Source: an uncultured Mucilaginibacter sp. (GTDB taxonomy: Bacteria > Bacteroidota > Bacteroidia > Sphingobacteriales > Sphingobacteriaceae). Taken from it: DNA of 64,000 nucleotides. Below, piece by piece: positions 1 to 9,600 of this stretch. The notes under the pieces are model-generated. The model did no database searches. It was not told the DNA's origin and worked only from the letters and a program-made list of their open reading frames with translations. Both the position numbers and the translations under genes were made by a program. The stretch is taken from NCBI GenBank assembly GCA_964242385.1, contig CAXSZR010000001.1, positions 1,315,214 to 1,379,213 of the forward strand, read 5' to 3'. Within the stretch, counting starts at the first letter, position 1. Each line of letters begins with the position of its first letter.

Positions 1-670
1 GGAAGAATTTTTTACGTGTAGCGAAGTAAGTGCTTCCTGTACCTGCTGTAGTTACCTGTAAAGTGAAGTTGTTGGCCTGTGTTGGGTCCCAGCTATTACG
101 CAATGCAGTAGTAGTATTGTATAAGCTTTGCGTTAAAGATGCAAGGTAAGTTTTTTCGCGTGCTGTAATTGCGGCAGCTTTTTTAGTGCCGCCAACGCCG
201 TAAATAACATATTCAATAGCGTGAAAGCCTTTTAAAGTAGTAGCTAATGGATCAATATCACTTACACCAAGCGGGTTGCTGCTTGCTAATAGAGAGTCAA
301 GGTCTATTTTGTTAACCGGCCAGTCATCCATGGTAGGGTCATAATTATTATCTTCTACCGGGCCAAAAAGAAAACCTTCGCATGATTCCCATGCACCGCG
401 TGTATTGATCCATGCTATACGCACCGCAGCAAGGTTTGCATCGTTAGTTGTCTGGATGAGCGTATTTGATGCAGAAAGCATAATTGCAGCTTTCGCCTGG
501 ATATCCTGGTAGTTAGGGTTTACCAGGTTGGTAGTAAAATCAGTTAAAAATTGCCCTTCAAGCGTTGCATCGCCTGTAGTGTTATTGGTGTTATTATTGT
601 CCTTTTTGCAACCGCTTATTACAAGCGCAAAAGCTGCAAAGCAAACGGTGATGGTAATAATTTTTTTCAT
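1..670 (-). CDS. Imelysin (peptidase M75-like) family lipoprotein, 3' end outside window
   Basis: Not in the ORF track. Hand translation from ATG at 670: MKKIITITVCFAAFALVISGC (lipobox) ... WESCEGFLFGPV...DPTMDDWPVN...KGFHAIEY (imelysin GxHxxE motif). Open to the window edge. Confidence 0.85.
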   Translation of the reverse strand, partial: MKKIITITVCFAAFALVISGCKKDNNNTNNTTGDATLEGQFLTDFTTNLVNPNYQDIQAKAAIMLSASNTLIQTTNDANLAAVRIAWINTRGAWESCEGFLFGPVEDNNYDPTMDDWPVNKIDLDSLLASSNPLGVSDIDPLATTLKGFHAIEYVIYGVGGTKKAAAITAREKTYLASLTQSLYNTTTALRNSWDPTQANNFTLQVTTAGTGSTYFATRKKFF

Positions 671-678
671 AAAAATTG

Positions 679-1104
679 TTAGCTGAGATGTATGATAATT
701 TGGTCGGATACAATTTCTGTTCTGTATTTGATAAGCGGGCGCTCTGCCGGTCCCATGGTAACACGGCCCTCGTTATCAAAAGTGCTGCCGTGCAGTGTAC
801 ACTTAAAGCCGCTTCCTGCGGGGATTAGCTGATTATCGGCATGTGTGCAGCGGAGTAAAAGTGCGGTGTAGGTGCCGTCTGCTTCTTTCTTTAAGCCAAT
901 GTTGTAATAAAGCTTTTTTGGCTGTACAAGCTGAAAACTGCTGGTTGCAAATAACGCCACCGGTACTGCTACCTTGTTATTTGCAGTGTTTGTTTTATAA
1001 ACCGGCAAGGCTGTTGCACAAGAGCTTAACTGGCCAACAAGCATCCCTGCGCCTGCAGCAAGACATAACGAGCATGATTGCTTTACAAATTTTCTTCTGT
1101 CCAT
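679..1104 (-). CDS. Rieske (2Fe-2S) protein with Tat/lipoprotein-like signal
   Basis: CTH...CTLHGSTF Rieske ligands. N-terminus MDRRKFVKQ...LSSC. Start moved to ATG 1104, just after the upstream stop at 1109. Confidence 0.85.
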   Translation of the reverse strand: MDRRKFVKQSCSLCLAAGAGMLVGQLSSCATALPVYKTNTANNKVAVPVALFATSSFQLVQPKKLYYNIGLKKEADGTYTALLLRCTHADNQLIPAGSGFKCTLHGSTFDNEGRVTMGPAERPLIKYRTEIVSDQIIIHLS

Positions 1105-1108
1105 ATCT

Positions 1109-2335
1109 TTAAAATGAATAGGCAATACCTAAGTCTACCAGGTTGTTGTTAACCTGGTAAGGCAGGGCAACCGGGTTTGGGTTAAGTATCAGCTCGGGGT
1201 TTTGCTTACCGGTATGTATAAATCTTACATCGGCTTTGATAGCTACGTTTTTAATAGGCAGATAAGTTATACCCGTAACAATATGATTTTCATCAAGCGT
1301 ACCATCGGTGATACCGTTGGTTGGGATAGAAGCATTCATATCAAACTTCTCATCTCTCACAAAAACTATAAACTGTTGCTGGCGGGGCCTTGCAGCATTG
1401 TATAAAAGGTCATACCCTAATTCGAGGTATGCACCATACATAGATTTTGGCGTGTTGTTTGCATAAGCACGATTAATGATAGAGGCTTCGGGTATCGATA
1501 CAAATGTACCCAGGGCACGTAAAGCAAAACCGTTATGTGAATATTGAATATCGGCCTCGCCGATGCCTACAGGCGTACCAAAAACGCCCGAATTAAGACC
1601 AAGGCTGTCTGCCTTGCGCCTGCTTACGCCAACTGTGCCACCATAGTAACCGGATACCTGCGCTTTAAAATCGCCGGCATAATATTGTAAAGCAGCGGTA
1701 ACAGCGAGGTTATTGGCAGTAGCGTTACGGCCTTCAAACTGGCCGTCTATTAATCCGGTACCGTGCGTAAACATGGCCGAGCTTAATCCATTAACCAAAC
1801 CCACCGAATAATTTACAGGGATGTTATTGAAGTTACCATAAAGGCCTATGCCTATTTCGCGCCAGGTAAAGGGAAGGATAAAGGTTTCTACGTAGTTACG
1901 TTCGTTACCGTTAAAGGTGTTAGGAAGGTGATTTTCATTCAGGATACCTAAACGCGGTACAAACAAACCGGCTACCAGGTACTGATTAGCGTTCAGGTTG
2001 AACTTTAAGTAAGCTTGCTCTACAGAAACTTCGCCGCCAGATTCACCACCTGCAACTTTAGCATCTTCTACCTCCAATTCAGAAAAGAAAGAGATCTTAT
2101 CAGTGAATTTATGACCTGCAAAAAGAACAAATCTTTCCAGGTCGACCTTTGAAGTGCCTAAAAATTGGTTGCGTTGATAAAAAGCATCTCCATAACCACC
2201 AATGGTGGTTGAGCTTTTTGATAAATTGTTGTTCAGTGAGTCTTCTGATGTAACCGGGGGAAGCGGCTTTTGCGCAAAAAGTGCTGTTGTTGTAAAAGTA
2301 AGCGCTAATAAAAAAGTAAAAGTTTTTGCCTGCAT
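1109..2335 (-). CDS. Outer-membrane beta-barrel, porin-like
   Basis: Signal peptide, ERFVLFAGHKFTDKISFFSELEVE segment, alternating beta strands, C-terminal YSF. Confidence 0.7.
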   Translation of the reverse strand: MQAKTFTFLLALTFTTTALFAQKPLPPVTSEDSLNNNLSKSSTTIGGYGDAFYQRNQFLGTSKVDLERFVLFAGHKFTDKISFFSELEVEDAKVAGGESGGEVSVEQAYLKFNLNANQYLVAGLFVPRLGILNENHLPNTFNGNERNYVETFILPFTWREIGIGLYGNFNNIPVNYSVGLVNGLSSAMFTHGTGLIDGQFEGRNATANNLAVTAALQYYAGDFKAQVSGYYGGTVGVSRRKADSLGLNSGVFGTPVGIGEADIQYSHNGFALRALGTFVSIPEASIINRAYANNTPKSMYGAYLELGYDLLYNAARPRQQQFIVFVRDEKFDMNASIPTNGITDGTLDENHIVTGITYLPIKNVAIKADVRFIHTGKQNPELILNPNPVALPYQVNNNLVDLGIAYSF

Positions 2336-2369
2336 ATGTTTTATTTAAATGCGTGGGCAAAATAACATC

Positions 2370-2392
2370 TTATTTAGACTTAATCCAAATAA
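2370..2392. promoter_or_regulatory. Imperfect 23-bp palindrome, candidate metal-responsive operator
   Basis: TTATTTAGACTTAATCCAAATAA, 35 nt upstream of the porin start and next to a TTATTTTG -7-like box. Confidence 0.5.
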
Positions 2393-2431
2393 AAGAGCAA
2401 AAAAACTTAGCTATAACTTAAATGTTACGGC

Positions 2432-3115
2432 TTAGTCTCTCCACAAAAAAGGAAACAGTAAAAGTGCGGTGGTAATCACAATGATATTTATAGCAAGCAG
2501 TACTCCGAAATTGCCATAACTTAAGCTGCGCTGAATACCGTCCATAGCGCTTTTGCTAAGTTTAATTAGTACCAAAATTACAGGGATTATCACCGGGAAG
2601 CTTAAAATTGCCATTAAGGTTCCATTGTTACCCGCCTTGGAGGCAATGGCCGAAATCATGGTAAATACGGTGGAAAAGCTAACGCTGCCCAGTAATACAG
2701 CGAAGAAATAAAACAGCGGGTCGCCAATTGTATTGGTAAAAAAAATCTGATAAACAAGCAAGGCCAATACGCTAAGCAGCGACATCAGCATTATATTGTA
2801 GATAGTTTTAGACAAGATAATAGCCTGCGGACTTGCAATGGAATAGTAATACAACAGGCGGCTTTTATTCTCCTGCGTAAAGCTTTTGGTAATTGCGTTT
2901 ACAGAAGCAAACAACATAATGATCCAGAACAACACGTTCCACATTACAGGGTAACCGGTACTCCCAACAAAGCCGGGATTAAGGTTAAATGAGATATAAC
3001 AAATGAAAACGGTTGATACAACGTAAAGCAAAACCCCGTTGAAAGCATACTTGGAGCGCCACTCCAGCAGGATCTCTTTTTTCAACAGATACCAGGTTTG
3101 ATTTACTAATTGCAT
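2432..3115 (-). CDS. ccmB: Heme exporter protein B
   Basis: KEILLEWRSKY N-terminus, six TM segments, ILSFPVIIPV motif. Confidence 0.85.
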   Translation of the reverse strand: MQLVNQTWYLLKKEILLEWRSKYAFNGVLLYVVSTVFICYISFNLNPGFVGSTGYPVMWNVLFWIIMLFASVNAITKSFTQENKSRLLYYYSIASPQAIILSKTIYNIMLMSLLSVLALLVYQIFFTNTIGDPLFYFFAVLLGSVSFSTVFTMISAIASKAGNNGTLMAILSFPVIIPVILVLIKLSKSAMDGIQRSLSYGNFGVLLAINIIVITTALLLFPFLWRD

Positions 3116-3119
3116 CGGG

Positions 3120-3127
3120 CAAAAGTA
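3120..3127 (-). promoter_or_regulatory. Bacteroidota housekeeping -7 box for ccmB
   Basis: TACTTTTG matches TAnnTTTG, 4 nt before the ATG. Confidence 0.6.
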
Positions 3128-3140
3128 GGATTTTTTTGCA

Positions 3141-3295
3141 TCTGTTGCCGGTTGCCTGTTGCCGGTACTCGGTTGAGGTTGTCTGTTGCCGGTTATATGT
3201 AATTTATTTTCGGTTGTCTGGGTTTTCTAAACGTGTGTTGAAAATCGAATTCAAGCAACTGAACACCGGCAACTGGCAACCTAATCCAGACAACC
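3141..3295. repeat. Intergenic heptamer-periodic inverted repeat (REP-like)
   Basis: Tandem YTGTTGC/CGGTTGC units. Arms 3150-3175 and 3256-3281 are reverse complements at 22/26 positions. Confidence 0.65.
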
Positions 3296-3312
3296 AATTC
3301 AAACAACTAAGC

Positions 3313-5244
3313 TTAAGCTTCCGCCGATTGCATTAGCTGGTCTATTTTGGCATTGAGCTCTTTAGGCTCAAATGGCTTTGATAGTACGTCGTTCATGCCG
3401 GCATGTAAGGCTTCCTGCTGCTCATATTCAAAGGAGGCTGCAGATAACGATATGATCGGGATGCTGCGTTTCGGTTCTTCAAAATTGATCCTGATGGTTT
3501 TGGCAGTTTCATAACCGTTTAACTCTGGCATATGGGTATCCATCAGGATAAGATCATAATCCTTTTCCTTTAATTTTTCCAAAGCTTTTCGGCCGGTATC
3601 AACAACATCTACATCAATCTCCCAGTCTTTCAACATTTTTGAAAGCATAAACTGGTTTACCAGGTTATCCTCCGCTACCAGTACGGCAATGTTTTTAAAG
3701 TGTTTTAATTTTCCTACAGGTTGCAGCGCGGCTTTATCTGTTGGCTTTGTGGCTACATTATACCAGTTCACAAAATCAAAGGTACTTCCCTTCCCTACTT
3801 CACTATTTACAGTTATCTCTCCGCCTTTTAATTCTACCAGCTTTTTTACAATGGATAAACCAAGCCCGGTGCCTCCGTATTTGGCAGCAGTATCTTCCTC
3901 GGCCTGTTCAAAAGATTCAAAGATGTGGTTTATCTTGCCCGGAGGAATGCCAATACCCGTATCTATTACCGAGAATTTGAGTTTAACCTGCTCTTTATGT
4001 TTTTGCACTACAGATACCTTAAGCTTAATATAACCGCGTTCGGTAAATTTAATGGCATTGCTAAGCAGGTTCATTAAGATCTGGTTTAAGCGTAAAGAAT
4101 CAACCAGTATATATTCGGGAACTTCCCTGTCTATATCAAGTACAAACTCAATGTTGTGTTCATCGGCCTTGAATTTTAATAAGCCGTAAACAGATCTTAC
4201 TATCTGGTGCAGATTATTAACCGAGCGAACAATATTGAATTTACCGGCTTCCATTTTAGAAATATCAAGCACATCGTTAATAACGCCTAACAGCGATTGC
4301 GATGAAGTTTCCAGGAGGCCGATCATACCGCTCTGCTGCTCATTAAGCTCGGTATTGCGCAGCATATTGGTTAAACCAATAATGCCGTTAACGGGCGTAC
4401 GCAACTCGTGGCTCATGTTAGCAAGAAATACTTCCTTAACCTTTTTGCCATGTTCAGCCTGCTCCTTAGATTTAATCAGCTGGTTCTGATAGCTTTTTTG
4501 CGGTGATATGTCGCTTATATTTAAAAACAACATCCTGTTCTGATAGGCAATGCGACATTCTGCCCAAATAATCCTTTTACTAAAGGTATTGAACTGAAAC
4601 TCAAATATGGATGAAGCAACGTTATCGCGAATAATTTCACCCAGTTTGGAACGGAACACCGGCCTTTGCTCATCAACAGCAAAGTCTATAATATTTTTAC
4701 CAATAAGGCCGTCGGGCTGGAAACCCATTATCCGCTCTACCGTTGGGTTGATGGATTGTATAGCCAGGGTTTGCGCATCAACCATACAGATAATATCGGC
4801 AGAGTTTTTTACAACTATGCTGTAATTTAACAACTCGTCATTCTTCTGCTTAATCTCCGCCTGGTACCTGGCAATTTTTATAAATGAATCAACTTTGGCA
4901 AGGGTTATATATGGGTCGAGCGGTTTATACAGGTAATCAACTGCCCCGCTCGAAAAGCCTTTCACCGCATATTTGGCTTCCTTTGATATGGCAGTCACAA
5001 AAATAATGAGGATGTCGCGGGTACGTGGATTAGCTTTCAGCATTTCCACAAATTCAAAACCATCCATTTCAGGCATTTGCACATCTACTAATGCAATTGA
5101 AATCGGGTTTTCCCAGGCAAGTTTAAGCGCCTCGTTAGTTGATGTGGTAGAATATAGCTGAATATCGTCGCGCTGCAACAATGCTTCAAGCGAAATAATA
5201 TTCTCGATCCTATCGTCGACAATAAGAATGTTAACTTGGGCCAT
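3313..5244 (-). CDS. Hybrid histidine kinase (REC-PAS-HisKA-HATPase-REC)
   Basis: LVDVQMPEMDG receiver, ANMSHELRTP H-box, NLLSNAIKF, GGTGLGL, C-terminal receiver LMDTHMP. Confidence 0.92.
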   Translation of the reverse strand: MAQVNILIVDDRIENIISLEALLQRDDIQLYSTTSTNEALKLAWENPISIALVDVQMPEMDGFEFVEMLKANPRTRDILIIFVTAISKEAKYAVKGFSSGAVDYLYKPLDPYITLAKVDSFIKIARYQAEIKQKNDELLNYSIVVKNSADIICMVDAQTLAIQSINPTVERIMGFQPDGLIGKNIIDFAVDEQRPVFRSKLGEIIRDNVASSIFEFQFNTFSKRIIWAECRIAYQNRMLFLNISDISPQKSYQNQLIKSKEQAEHGKKVKEVFLANMSHELRTPVNGIIGLTNMLRNTELNEQQSGMIGLLETSSQSLLGVINDVLDISKMEAGKFNIVRSVNNLHQIVRSVYGLLKFKADEHNIEFVLDIDREVPEYILVDSLRLNQILMNLLSNAIKFTERGYIKLKVSVVQKHKEQVKLKFSVIDTGIGIPPGKINHIFESFEQAEEDTAAKYGGTGLGLSIVKKLVELKGGEITVNSEVGKGSTFDFVNWYNVATKPTDKAALQPVGKLKHFKNIAVLVAEDNLVNQFMLSKMLKDWEIDVDVVDTGRKALEKLKEKDYDLILMDTHMPELNGYETAKTIRINFEEPKRSIPIISLSAASFEYEQQEALHAGMNDVLSKPFEPKELNAKIDQLMQSAEA

Positions 5245-5259
5245 TCGTAATAAAAGTGT

Positions 5260-5847
5260 TTAGTTTTTTACCAGCTCGAATATCTCATCCGAACTCAATA
5301 CATAATCCGCTGCATGCATATTAATAGCTGTAGCGGGCATTTCGGGCATCTCGGCATCTGCCGGGTCTTGTGCAATAGTTAACGAGCCTGCATTTTTAAG
5401 CTTTAATAAACCTTCGGCTCCATCCTGATTGGCTCCTGAAAGCAATATAGCAGTGCATCTGTTATGAAAATTTTCTGAAGCGCTTTCAAAAGTAATATCT
5501 ATTGATGGTTTTGAATACCATAGCGCTTCTGATACATCCAGTCCAAAATAATTGCCCTGTTCTATCAATGTATGATAGTTTGCAGGTGCAATATAAATGG
5601 TGCCCTTCTTTATTTTATCCTTATCAATAATTTCCCGCAATAACATACGGGAATTTTCTGCGAACAGTTTTTCTATTTCGCTCGAAAAATTTTTTTTCCT
5701 GTGCATGATAATGATAACTGCCTTATCAAGATCTGCAGGAAGTAGTTTTATGATCTGGAACAACAGCCTAAAGGAGCCTGCCGAACCGCCCAATAACAAT
5801 ACTTCTGATGTATGCCACCTGTTCCTTATGTAGTTATCAAGCGCCAA
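5260..5847 (-). CDS. cheB: CheB-type methylesterase, catalytic domain only
   Basis: GGSAG, IMH, SKPSID, LSGANQDGAEG motifs; no receiver domain. Confidence 0.88.
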   Translation of the reverse strand: MALDNYIRNRWHTSEVLLLGGSAGSFRLLFQIIKLLPADLDKAVIIIMHRKKNFSSEIEKLFAENSRMLLREIIDKDKIKKGTIYIAPANYHTLIEQGNYFGLDVSEALWYSKPSIDITFESASENFHNRCTAILLSGANQDGAEGLLKLKNAGSLTIAQDPADAEMPEMPATAINMHAADYVLSSDEIFELVKN

Positions 5848-6667
5848 TTTTCTGGTATATGTTTTCTTTTTGATTGATGGGCTTAAACTTTTTCTTAAAA
5901 AAGTCTGACCTTATAGTTTCCTTGCTTCCCAGGCATAAAAACCCGTAAGGGCAAAGGCTTTTATAAAACAGTTCGAGTATTTTTTCCTGTAACTGGGTTT
6001 CAAAATAGATAAAAACGTTTCGGCAGCTAATAAGCTGAAACTCGTTAAATACGGTATCAGATACCAGGTTATGTACAGAAAAAAGCGTATTTGCCTTCAA
6101 TTCGCTGTGAATGGTAGCGGCATCATACATAATGGTAAAATTATCGGTTAGTGATCCAGAAAGGCCCGATAACTGGTAATTTTCGGCATAAGTTTTAATA
6201 TTCCTGAAACTGTAAATTCCTTTACGTGCATCCCTTAATACCACGGTGTTAACATCGGTACCGTAAATAAAAGATTTTGATGTAAGCCCTGCCTTGTTCA
6301 TCATAATGGCAAGCGAATACACTTCCTCGCCCGAGGAACAACCAGCCGACCATACTTTTACATGCTGGTAGGTAGACAGATAAGGTATTACCTGGGCGTT
6401 TAACGCTTTGTAAAAAGATGGATCACGAAACATTTCTGTAACGTTCACTGTGATCTCTTCCAAAAAATTTTGAAAAAAAGACGATTCATTGATCAGCTGA
6501 TGCTTCAAATCATAAAGATTCAGCTTTTTGATCATCATAATCCTGGCAAGCCTGCGTTTAAGCGAGGCTTTCGAATAATCAGAAAAATCAAACCCATGAA
6601 CTTTCTTTACAAGCTCAATTATTTCCGTTACTTCATTATCAGCAATTCCCTGTGCAACAATATTCAT
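5837..6667 (-). CDS. cheR: CheR-type protein-glutamate O-methyltransferase
   Basis: GFDFSDY, TEMFRDP, WSAGCSSGEEVYS, CRNVFIYF. Start moved to ATG 6667, coupled to the upstream stop at 6670. Confidence 0.92.
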   Translation of the reverse strand: MNIVAQGIADNEVTEIIELVKKVHGFDFSDYSKASLKRRLARIMMIKKLNLYDLKHQLINESSFFQNFLEEITVNVTEMFRDPSFYKALNAQVIPYLSTYQHVKVWSAGCSSGEEVYSLAIMMNKAGLTSKSFIYGTDVNTVVLRDARKGIYSFRNIKTYAENYQLSGLSGSLTDNFTIMYDAATIHSELKANTLFSVHNLVSDTVFNEFQLISCRNVFIYFETQLQEKILELFYKSLCPYGFLCLGSKETIRSDFFKKKFKPINQKENIYQKIGA

Positions 6668-6669
6668 TT

Positions 6670-9600
6670 TCAGCTCCCAAGCCAAAGCTGCATCAATGAA
6701 ACTAACCTGTCCATATCTACCGGCTTAGTAATATAATCGTTTGCGCCGGCAGCTATACACTTCTCGCGGTCGTCCATCATGGCCTTAGCTGTTAAAGCTA
6801 TTACGGGTAACTTAGCCCATTTGTTTTGGCGACGTATAAATTTAGTTGCTTCATACCCATCCATTACCGGCATCATTATGTCCATTAAAACAATATCAAT
6901 ATCCGGCGTAACCTCTAATTTATCAATGGCTTCTTTACCGTCATTAGCAATTTCAACTATCATTTCATAGTCTTGCAGGGCACTGCTCAGGGCGAAGATA
7001 TTACGCATATCGTCGTCAACAATCAATACTTTTTTGCCTTTAATAACGTCCTTGCCTTTAGAGTTTGACTTTGGCGATGTTGGCTCCGCAGTTTTATCTG
7101 CAGATGTTTCTCTTACTTTGTTAAGGAATAAATTAACCTCGTCAATCAACCTATCGGCAGATTTATTGGTTTTTATTACCATCGCATTTGCGTATTGCAT
7201 CAGCCTGTTTACAGAGCTTTTATCAAGCTCCATAGCGGTATTGATAATTACGGGCAACGATTTAAATTTTTCTATGCCTTTTATCTTATCCAATAAGTCC
7301 AGACCAGAAATATCGGGCAGGAACAGATCCAGGATAACGCATTGGTAATCTGTTTCGTTTAACATCCGGAATGCCGATTCACCATCAAAAGCCTGGTCTA
7401 CCGTAATGCCCTGGCTTTGCATCAGTTTGTGGATGGCTTCGCTCTGGGTTTTGTTATCCTCAATCAGCAAAACCTTTTTAAACTCGGTGCCGCTTTGCAG
7501 CATAATGTCTGCAAATAATTTATCGAGTGCTAAAGGGTCAACCGGTTTTTTAAGGAAACTGATAGCACCTTCTTTTTTAACACGATTTGCCGCCGCTTCC
7601 CCGGCCGACATTAAGTGAACCGGGATGTGGATGGTAGCCTCATCCTGTTTAAGTTCTTTTAAGATCTTCCAGCCGTCTTTACCCGGCAGCATAATATCCA
7701 ATATTACCGCATCCGGCTGGTTTTCCTTAATGATCTCTGCCGCGTTAGTACCTTCCGGAACAATGATGGATTTATAGCCGTGATCGCGCGAGTAATCATG
7801 CAATATATCGGCGAAATTCTTATCGTCCTCAACAATGATAACCAACGGCTGTTCGCGATTGCTTTTCTTAGCAACCTGGCTGGCCGGTTTTAAAAACTCT
7901 TTAATTGGCGTAAAGGTTTCCGGTGTAGGCAATGCCGGGCTTTCTTCTTCCTGTGTATGAGACGATACCAAAGCCTCTATCGGGATAGTAAGTACAAACT
8001 CACTTCCATTACCTGGCTCGCTGGTAACGGTGATACGGCCTCCTAATAAAGATACCAGTTCGCGGCTGATGGATAAGCCTAAGCCTGTACCGCCATACCT
8101 GCGGCTTGTAGAGCCGTCGGCCTGCTGAAATGCCTCGAATATAATTTTTTGCTTATCGGCAGGGATACCAATGCCGGAATCTTTGATGCTAAAGCTAATG
8201 GTTTTTTCCACTGCTCCCGGTGTGGCGTCTATTTCTACAGAACCGCCCTCTGGTGTAAATTTAAATGCGTTCGAAAGCAGGTTTTTAATGATCTGCTCTA
8301 CCCTAACCTTATCAGTGATAATGGTTTTTGGTAATTGCGGACTTGTTTTTACGCTGTACTGAATTTTTTTACCTCTTGCTACTTCTGCAAAAAGCATTTC
8401 CATATCGTGCAGAATGTCAGATACTTTAACCACGTCATTCTGTAATTCTAACTTGCCAGATTCTATTTTCGACAGGTCGAGAATATCATTGATCAATGTT
8501 AACAGGTCATTACCTGCATTAAATATAACGCTTGCATATTTTATTTGGTCTTCAGACAGATTAGCCTGTTTGTTATCTTTTAATATCCGCGCTAATACAA
8601 GGATACTATTTAGCGGCGTACGCAACTCGTGGCTCATGTTAGCCAAAAATTCAGACTTATATTTACCGGTTGTTTCCAGCTCGTTTGCTTTAAGGCTTAT
8701 GGCATTTCTTGCCTCCTCAATTGCCTGGTTCTTTTCTTCCAATAAGCTTGCTTTTTCTTCCAGTTCGGCATTGGTAGTGCGCAATTCCTCTTGTTGTACG
8801 CGTAATTCCTCTTCAGAGGCCTGCAGCATTTCGGTTTTACTCATTAGCTCCTCATTGGTAACACGCATTTCTTCCTGCTGCGCTTCCAGCTCTTCGGCCT
8901 GTTGCTGCACCTGCGATAGCAGTTCGTGCATAATGGTACGAGCCTGTGCGGTATTTATGGCAATACCAATATCATCGCTGATGGACTGAATATACTCTTT
9001 AACGGCCGGATGAACCTCGTTGTTAAAAGCTACTTCTATTACCCCTTTTAGTTTTTTATCAAAAAAGAAAGGAACAATAAAAGTCTCGGTTAACGTTTGC
9101 GATATTACCGATGAGCTTAACTCCAGGCGATCATTTAACTTACCTTTTACAACGGCCGATTTTTCATCTTTTGCTACCTGGCCAACCCATCCTTCCGCAA
9201 GTTTAAGGGTGTGCTTTATGTCGTTCGGGTTGCTAAATGCGTAAGAAGCGTACAGACTTAAATTTTCGCTATTTTCATCATAAAGGTACATTGTACCTGC
9301 AAGCGCCCTGGTGTAAGCACAAAGCTCACTTAAAATATTGCCTGAAAGCTCGCGTTCGCTTTGCTGGCCCTGCATTTTATCATTAATTAAGCCCGAACCG
9401 GTAAGTAACCAATTTTTGGCTCTGTTCTCTTCCAGTACTTTTTCAAGTTCGCCGTTTGTAACTTTTATCTCGTTCTCTATCTTTTTCTGCTGATCAAACG
9501 TTGCCTGGATATAGAAGAATAGCACGATAATAATGATCAGGAAAACTATAGAACCGATAATAATAGTATCCAGCGCCCTTGACGACGCTGCCTGGGTACT

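Noticed and set aside
3136-3336. 66-aa plus-strand ORF with CC repeats
   Set aside because: It is the translation of the heptamer repeat; no credible start context.
4394-4422. 29-bp exact match to 8615-8643 in the other kinase
   Set aside because: Both encode the conserved H-box ANMSHELRTP. Paralogy plus codon bias explains it, and the flanks diverge.
8414-8989. 191-aa antisense ORF (similar cases at 12938, 18683, 36029, 56675)
   Set aside because: Shadow frames of well-supported genes on the opposite strand.
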